Source of the DNA: Eledone cirrhosa
Taxonomy: Eukaryota
Length of the DNA: 64,000 nucleotides
Direction of reading: 5' to 3'
Assembly (NCBI GenBank): GCA_964016885.1
Contig: OZ024761.1
Location: forward strand, 24,242,001-24,306,000
Shown here: positions 57,823-64,000 of the stretch, piece after piece
Numbering within the stretch: the first letter of the stretch is position 1
How the letters are laid out: each line of letters begins with the position of its first letter
Notes under the pieces: generated by a model
What the model was told of the DNA's origin: nothing
The model's input: only the letters and a program-made list of their open reading frames with translations
The model's database searches: none
Translations under genes and position numbers: made by a program

Positions 57823-58564
57823 TATTCTCCTTGTTGTTGTTGTTGTTGTTGTTTGGCTATAACGCAACGCTGAACGAAAGTTAACTTTACCTAAACGAAG
57901 CTGGGGGCGTTTGCTTGCCTCTAGTTTACTGTAATAGCAGTAATAACCAAAATAATCAGAAATAGGAGAAGTAGAAGAGGACGAAGACGAGAAAAGATTA
58001 AATATTGGTAGTAGAAGTAACATTAGTAGTAGTAGTAGTAGTAGTAGAAGGGTGAGGAACAGAAGTTGAGTTAATTTCTTTAATGAACCGAGAGTGGAGT
58101 TTCATGCTTAAAAGAGTCGCTTTATTTTTCATTACACTTGTTTGATTGTTCATTCAATGTGTGTTTGCTTGATTGTTTGTTTGTTTGTTTGTTTGTTTGT
58201 TTGTTTGCGTGTGTATGTGTGTGTATATGTGTATGTGTGTGTGTGTTATTGTTTGTTTTTGTGTGTGTGTGCGTGTGTTATTGTTTGTGTGTGTGTGTGT
58301 GTGTGCGACTTTTGCTATCTTCTTCTTCGTATATTTTTTTTTTCTAATTTATTTTGGAAGTGTTTGTTAATGGAGTGTGAAAAATCAACGGGGTTTACTG
58401 ACAAAATACATCTGTGTTAGTTTTGCATTTAATGAAAAGTGATTAACGGTGACAGGATTCTCGTGTGCGAGTGAAACTTGCCAGTTAATGTGAGGAAGAC
58501 GGCGGGGAAAGCCCCAGAACGTCTATAACGGACTGAATGAAAGGTAGAGTAAGAATTTAGCACA

Positions 58565-58618
<54 letters not shown>

Positions 58619-58627
58619 ATATATATA

Positions 58628-58705
58628 CAGGGTGTCGCAAAAAATTTATACCCACTTCAACAGCATTCTGATAAAAGTGTGTAAACATTTCTTTGGGACA
58701 CCCTG
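58628..58705. mobile_element. 78-bp Tc1/mariner-type MITE
   Basis: ta|CAGGGTGTCGCAAA...TTTGGGACACCCTG terminal inverted repeats. The right flank is tg rather than ta. Confidence 0.65.
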
Positions 58706-58711
58706 TGTGTG

Positions 58712-58744
<33 letters not shown>

Positions 58745-58875
58745 CTATATCCAAAATTAAGATAAATCAAATGAATTTAATCTAAATCAAAATTATGGGT
58801 GTCATGCCAGAAAGACATGCGCCATATCACCTGCAAAATAAGCTCTAAGATTCTCACGAGTAGGTCCGAGCATTT

Positions 58876-59007
58876 TATAATAACTAGAGATTAATTAACA
58901 TATAAATAAACATGAATAATCACAGGGGATAATTTTTACAGGAGATTTTTGTAAAAATTATCTCCTGTGATTATTCATGTTTATTTATATGTTAATCAAT
59001 CTCTAGT

Positions 59008-59014
<7 letters not shown>
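58876..59014. repeat. Inverted repeat, ~65-bp arms, ~9-nt spacer
   Basis: taactagagattaattaacatataaataaacatgaataatcacagg... and its reverse complement. Confidence 0.88.
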
Positions 59015-59064
<50 letters not shown>

Positions 59065-59251
59065 ATGGTGGCACGTTTTTTCCCCAAACTGCAATCCTTT
59101 TTCCCAGCCTCCTCTCTTTCCAAACTTTGCTCATTTCTGATGGAGGACTAAAGTCCGATACATGGAAACCTTTATCTTCATTCCTAAGCAGAAAACAAAT
59201 AAGATTTTGTGTTTTTGTACCTCCCTGATCGATCTCTTATTTTTGAAATTC

Positions 59252-59284
<33 letters not shown>

Positions 59285-59616
59285 TACTTATATATAAACT
59301 ATATATAATTATAAACAGTAAAGATCAGTATTTTTTTTATTTTTTACCACCTTATTACCAGAATGAAAAATAGCTCAATGTAAATACATCAGCTGTCTTA
59401 CAGAGCAGGAATATAAAGTCCAATATATACTTAATACCATTGCTTTCTTTCCATATTATTTTATATATGCCTAATACCTCTGCAGTCTTATTCTCTATAT
59501 GCCTATGTACCACTCTTGTCCTCCTTTGCGAGTAACTTTCTTTTATAATTCCTTTATAATTCTTTTATAATCTTTACTATTCCCATTTCTACTGACCACA
59601 ACATCTTCACTCTCTT

Positions 59617-59666
<50 letters not shown>

Positions 59667-59669
59667 TAA

Positions 59670-59862
59670 AGAGAATTGAACTCTCAATCGTGAGGTTGTG
59701 AGTTCGATTCCTGGACCGGGTGATGCGTTATGTCCTTGAGCAAGACACTTTATTTCGCGTTGCTCCTTCTACCTGGAGTTGCGACCGATAGATAGTATTA
59801 GCAATTGGAAAGACCAATGGAAACATTGTTTCCTCGGTCCGATTTGACGAAAGTCAATCGAC
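59670..59862 (+). mobile_element. Second SINE family, copy 2
   Basis: Matches 61202-61395. Confidence 0.78.
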
Positions 59863-60284
59863 TGTCATATATAGTTAAAACTTAGACGGGAACAGAAACA
59901 GAGAGGCAGTACAAATAAGAGTTTATTAGGTTCACGCTTTTGAGAGTGTGTGGGAGTGGGTGGGGGTGAGATGAGCCCGTGAGTACAGAAGAGAATGTGC
60001 AATGTACCTTGATTTAATAATATATTATATAATCTCCTGGAAAACTACGTAACGTATTCAAGAACTGTTGATTGGGATGGTCTAAATGAGTGGAGTGTCT
60101 CTCACAATGAGGCTTGCCTACTGAAGACCAAACCCGTGAAACTTAAATATCTACGAAGACGGCAGATGTGAGTTCCCACTGGTGGCACTGTCAAACTTTT
60201 TCTATCTAGGAGCTTTTATGTCTAATTTTGTTACACTATAACTCGTAGTGAAACAATGTGCTGAAATTACTACGTTTATACATG

Positions 60285-60328
<44 letters not shown>

Positions 60329-60335
60329 ATATACA

Positions 60336-60463
<128 letters not shown>

Positions 60464-60611
60464 ATTTAAAGGTTAAACAAGGTTCAATGAGTAAATCAAT
60501 GAATAAAGTTTTACAATAGATTGATTAGAAGCACTCCACAGTATTGGTTTTCCGGAGTTATTAATATTAACTCAAAATATTAACAAATATAGACATTCGT
60601 GTGATCAAGTA

Positions 60612-60678
60612 TATTTTATTATACATATTTCAGACGTACTGAGCTATCTTCAACAGTACGTCCTCATCAGATAAAATA
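60612..60678 (-). ncRNA. Type-I hammerhead ribozyme (left arm of inverted repeat)
   Basis: Minus strand: UAUUUUAU CUGAUGA GGACGUACUG-loop-CAGUACGUCU GAAAU AUGU AUA| AUAAAAUA. 8-bp stem I and 10-bp stem II. Confidence 0.82.
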
Positions 60679-60764
60679 AGATGATGCTTGACATACCTTG
60701 ACTAAGTAGATGCCATGACTGAATTTTAACCATCTACTTAGTCAAGGTATGTCAAGCATCATCT

Positions 60765-60831
60765 TATTTTATCTGATGAGGACGTACTGTTGAAGATAGC
60801 TCAGTACCTCTGAAATATGTATAATAAAATA
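60765..60831 (+). ncRNA. Type-I hammerhead ribozyme (right arm of inverted repeat)
   Basis: Same as the left copy except for one stem-II mismatch (CAGUACCUCU). Confidence 0.75.
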
Positions 60832-60898
60832 TACTTGATCACACGAATGTCTATATTTGTTAATATATTGAATTAATATATATATATATATATATATA

Positions 60899-60986
60899 TG
60901 AAAATGTATGACCCCGACAGCAGAGCTCAAGCTGTTTCGACGGCTATTTATGGTCCATCTGGTACCTTACCACAACTCCTTCGTTA
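60899..60986 (+). mobile_element. Family A internally deleted copy
   Basis: The left arm is joined directly to the tail end (tatggtccatctggtaccttaccac). An inverted tail fragment lies at about 61403-61435. Confidence 0.65.
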
Positions 60987-61009
60987 TATATATATATATA
61001 ACGAAGTCG

Positions 61010-61171
<162 letters not shown>

Positions 61172-61179
61172 CGAAAGTG

Positions 61180-61395
61180 AAGGCGTGTGGCTGAGTGGTT
61201 AGAGAATTGGATTCACAATCATAAGGTTGTGAGTTCGATTCCTGGACCAGGTGATGCGTTATGTCCTTGGGCAAGACACTTTATTTCACGTTGCTCCTTC
61301 TACCTGGAGTTGCGACCGATAGATAGTATTAGCAATTGGAAAGACCAACGGAAACATTGTTCCCTCGGTCCGATTTGACGAAAGTCGATCGACTC
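61180..61395 (+). mobile_element. Second tRNA-headed SINE family
   Basis: A box tggctgagtgg, B box gagttcgattcc, core tgtccttgggcaagacacttt. Near-identical 5'-truncated copy at 59670-59862. Confidence 0.78.
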
Positions 61396-61686
61396 CTATA
61401 TATATAACGAAGGAGTTGTGGTAAGGAAACAGATGTTAACTTTGCCTTTCATCCTTACGGGGTCGATAAAATAAAGTACCAGTAATGTACTGGGTATTTG
61501 CTGGCCTTGTGCCTAAAGTAGAAACAATTATTATATGTATATATATATATACATATATATATGCGTGTGTGTGTGTGTATACACGTATAAACAATTACAT
61601 ACGTATGTGTGAAAATAGACCATTATCCCTCACACATACATGTATGTATGCGTATATTTAAAGCTATATAAACTCTTTCATACACC

Positions 61687-61760
<74 letters not shown>

Positions 61761-62427
61761 AATAGTGAGAGTGTGAGAGAGAGATAAACAGACAGAAAGC
61801 GACAGATTGAATGAGGAAGAGACAGAGAGAAAAAGAGAGAGCCAGAGAAACAAACAGAAACAGCAGTGAGTGAGAGAGAGGGAGAGAGAGAGAGAGAGAA
61901 TGAGATAGAGAGAGATAGAGAGAGATGGAGAGAGAGAGAGGTTGACTGTGTGTGGAGTGGGGGATTGTATAACATTTGATTACAGGGTCAGTGTATAGAT
62001 TTGTCGTCTGCTGGTCGTACGACGGTCCCCTCTACCCCGCCACACAAACAAACATATAAATAGACACACACACAAATACACACACACACAAACAGACACA
62101 CACACACACACACACACACAGAAACACACACACACAAAAACAGACAAACACACACAGAAACACATACACACACACACACAAACATGCAAACACACACAGA
62201 AACAGACATACACACAAACAAACGTACAGAGCCACACACAGAAACAGACACACGGACACACGCACACACGCACACAAACAAACACACAAACCGACATACA
62301 CAGACACAAACAACAAACAGACTCACACACAAACAGACTTAAACATGATGGTGGGTGAGAGAGCAATTCTATTTATCTGTGTGTGCGTGTGTGTTGTATG
62401 AATATGTGTGTCTGTGTGTGTGTGCGC

Positions 62428-62463
<36 letters not shown>

Positions 62464-62563
62464 GCACACACACATATATATATATATATATCGAATGTAA
62501 ATATATATATATATCGAATGTAATTATATATATATATCGAATGTATATATATATATATATCGA

Positions 62564-62604
<41 letters not shown>

Positions 62605-62637
62605 GAATGTATATATATATATATATATATATATCGA

Positions 62638-62717
<80 letters not shown>

Positions 62718-62718
62718 A

Positions 62719-62749
<31 letters not shown>

Positions 62750-62750
62750 A

Positions 62751-62826
<76 letters not shown>

Positions 62827-63355
62827 ACTGTATATATATATATCGTATATATATATATATATATATATATCGAATATATATATATATATATTGTTTGTAT
62901 ATATATATATATATCGTATATATATATATATATCGAATATATATATATATCGAATATATATATATATATATCAAATATATATATATATATCGAATATATA
63001 TATATATATATGTATATATCGAATATATATCGAATATATATATATATATAATATAATATGATATAATATAATATAATATATATACAAGGACAGAAGCAAT
63101 GGTGGTTCGGTAGGGCGCGGTGTGATATGATGGAGACACACCAGTATATATTTTCTCGGTAATGGTTGAGAAAAGATTTTAACGCCATAAATATAGGAAG
63201 GACAAAAAATTGTTATAAAATTAAAAGAGAATGGCGCGGCGGCTGACATGTTGAATATTTCATTGAAACAAACGACATCTCTTTCAGATGATAGAAGAAA
63301 ACATATCAACACGAGCAGGTTTGTGTGGCATGTAAAAAAAATATTACATATGTTA

Positions 63356-63459
<104 letters not shown>

Positions 63460-63559
63460 CTTACATATATATATATATATATATATGTATTTATATATAT
63501 ATATATGTATATATATGTATATATATATATATATGTATATATGTATATATATATATACT

Positions 63560-63640
<81 letters not shown>

Positions 63641-63727
63641 ATATATATATATATACTTACATATATATCTGTATATATGTATATATATATATATACTTAT
63701 ATATATATATATATATATATATATACT

Positions 63728-63819
<92 letters not shown>

Positions 63820-63824
63820 CTTAC

Positions 63825-63894
<70 letters not shown>

Positions 63895-63897
63895 GTG

Positions 63898-63931
<34 letters not shown>

Positions 63932-64000
63932 AATGTATATATATAGATATGTATATATACATATACACATACACACACGCGCACGCACACACACATATAT

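Larger units (their letters stand above)
60563..60880. mobile_element. Foldback element, ~150-bp arms, 18-nt spacer, two inverted hammerheads
   Basis: About 60563-60712 versus 60731-60880. Confidence 0.9.

Noticed and set aside
59137-59165. ctgatggaggactaaagtccgatacatg, and a truncated ctgatgaaggactaaa at about 23069
   Set aside because: Two core substitutions in the first and truncation in the second, so neither is called functional.
61180-61250. tRNA gene
   Set aside because: A and B boxes are present, but there is no complete cloverleaf and it continues into a repeated SINE body.

Overview
AT-rich, microsatellite-saturated animal genomic DNA. An octopod cephalopod is my best guess, inferred only from the (TA)n density and the SINE landscape. 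One host gene is supported: a + strand paired-like (Q50) homeobox gene of the Drgx/Prrxl1 family. Five exons (18305-18396, 27368-27469, 28886-30441, 31923-32005, 33926-34110) splice in consistent phase and give a complete homeodomain, a very long low-complexity linker and a C-terminal OAR motif. The first exon was not located. Nearly all ORFs in the supplied track are translated simple repeats. The rest of the window is tRNA-derived SINEs, RTE/CRE/Penelope retrotransposon fragments, two Helitron-like elements, a MITE and minisatellites. The most striking signal is a set of unrelated short foldback elements sitting in (TA)n tracts, together with about 10 minimal type-I hammerhead ribozyme motifs (plus decayed ones) and a Penelope GIY-YIG remnant that shares a 3' terminus with one foldback. 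All structures were folded by eye, and repeat boundaries are approximate.
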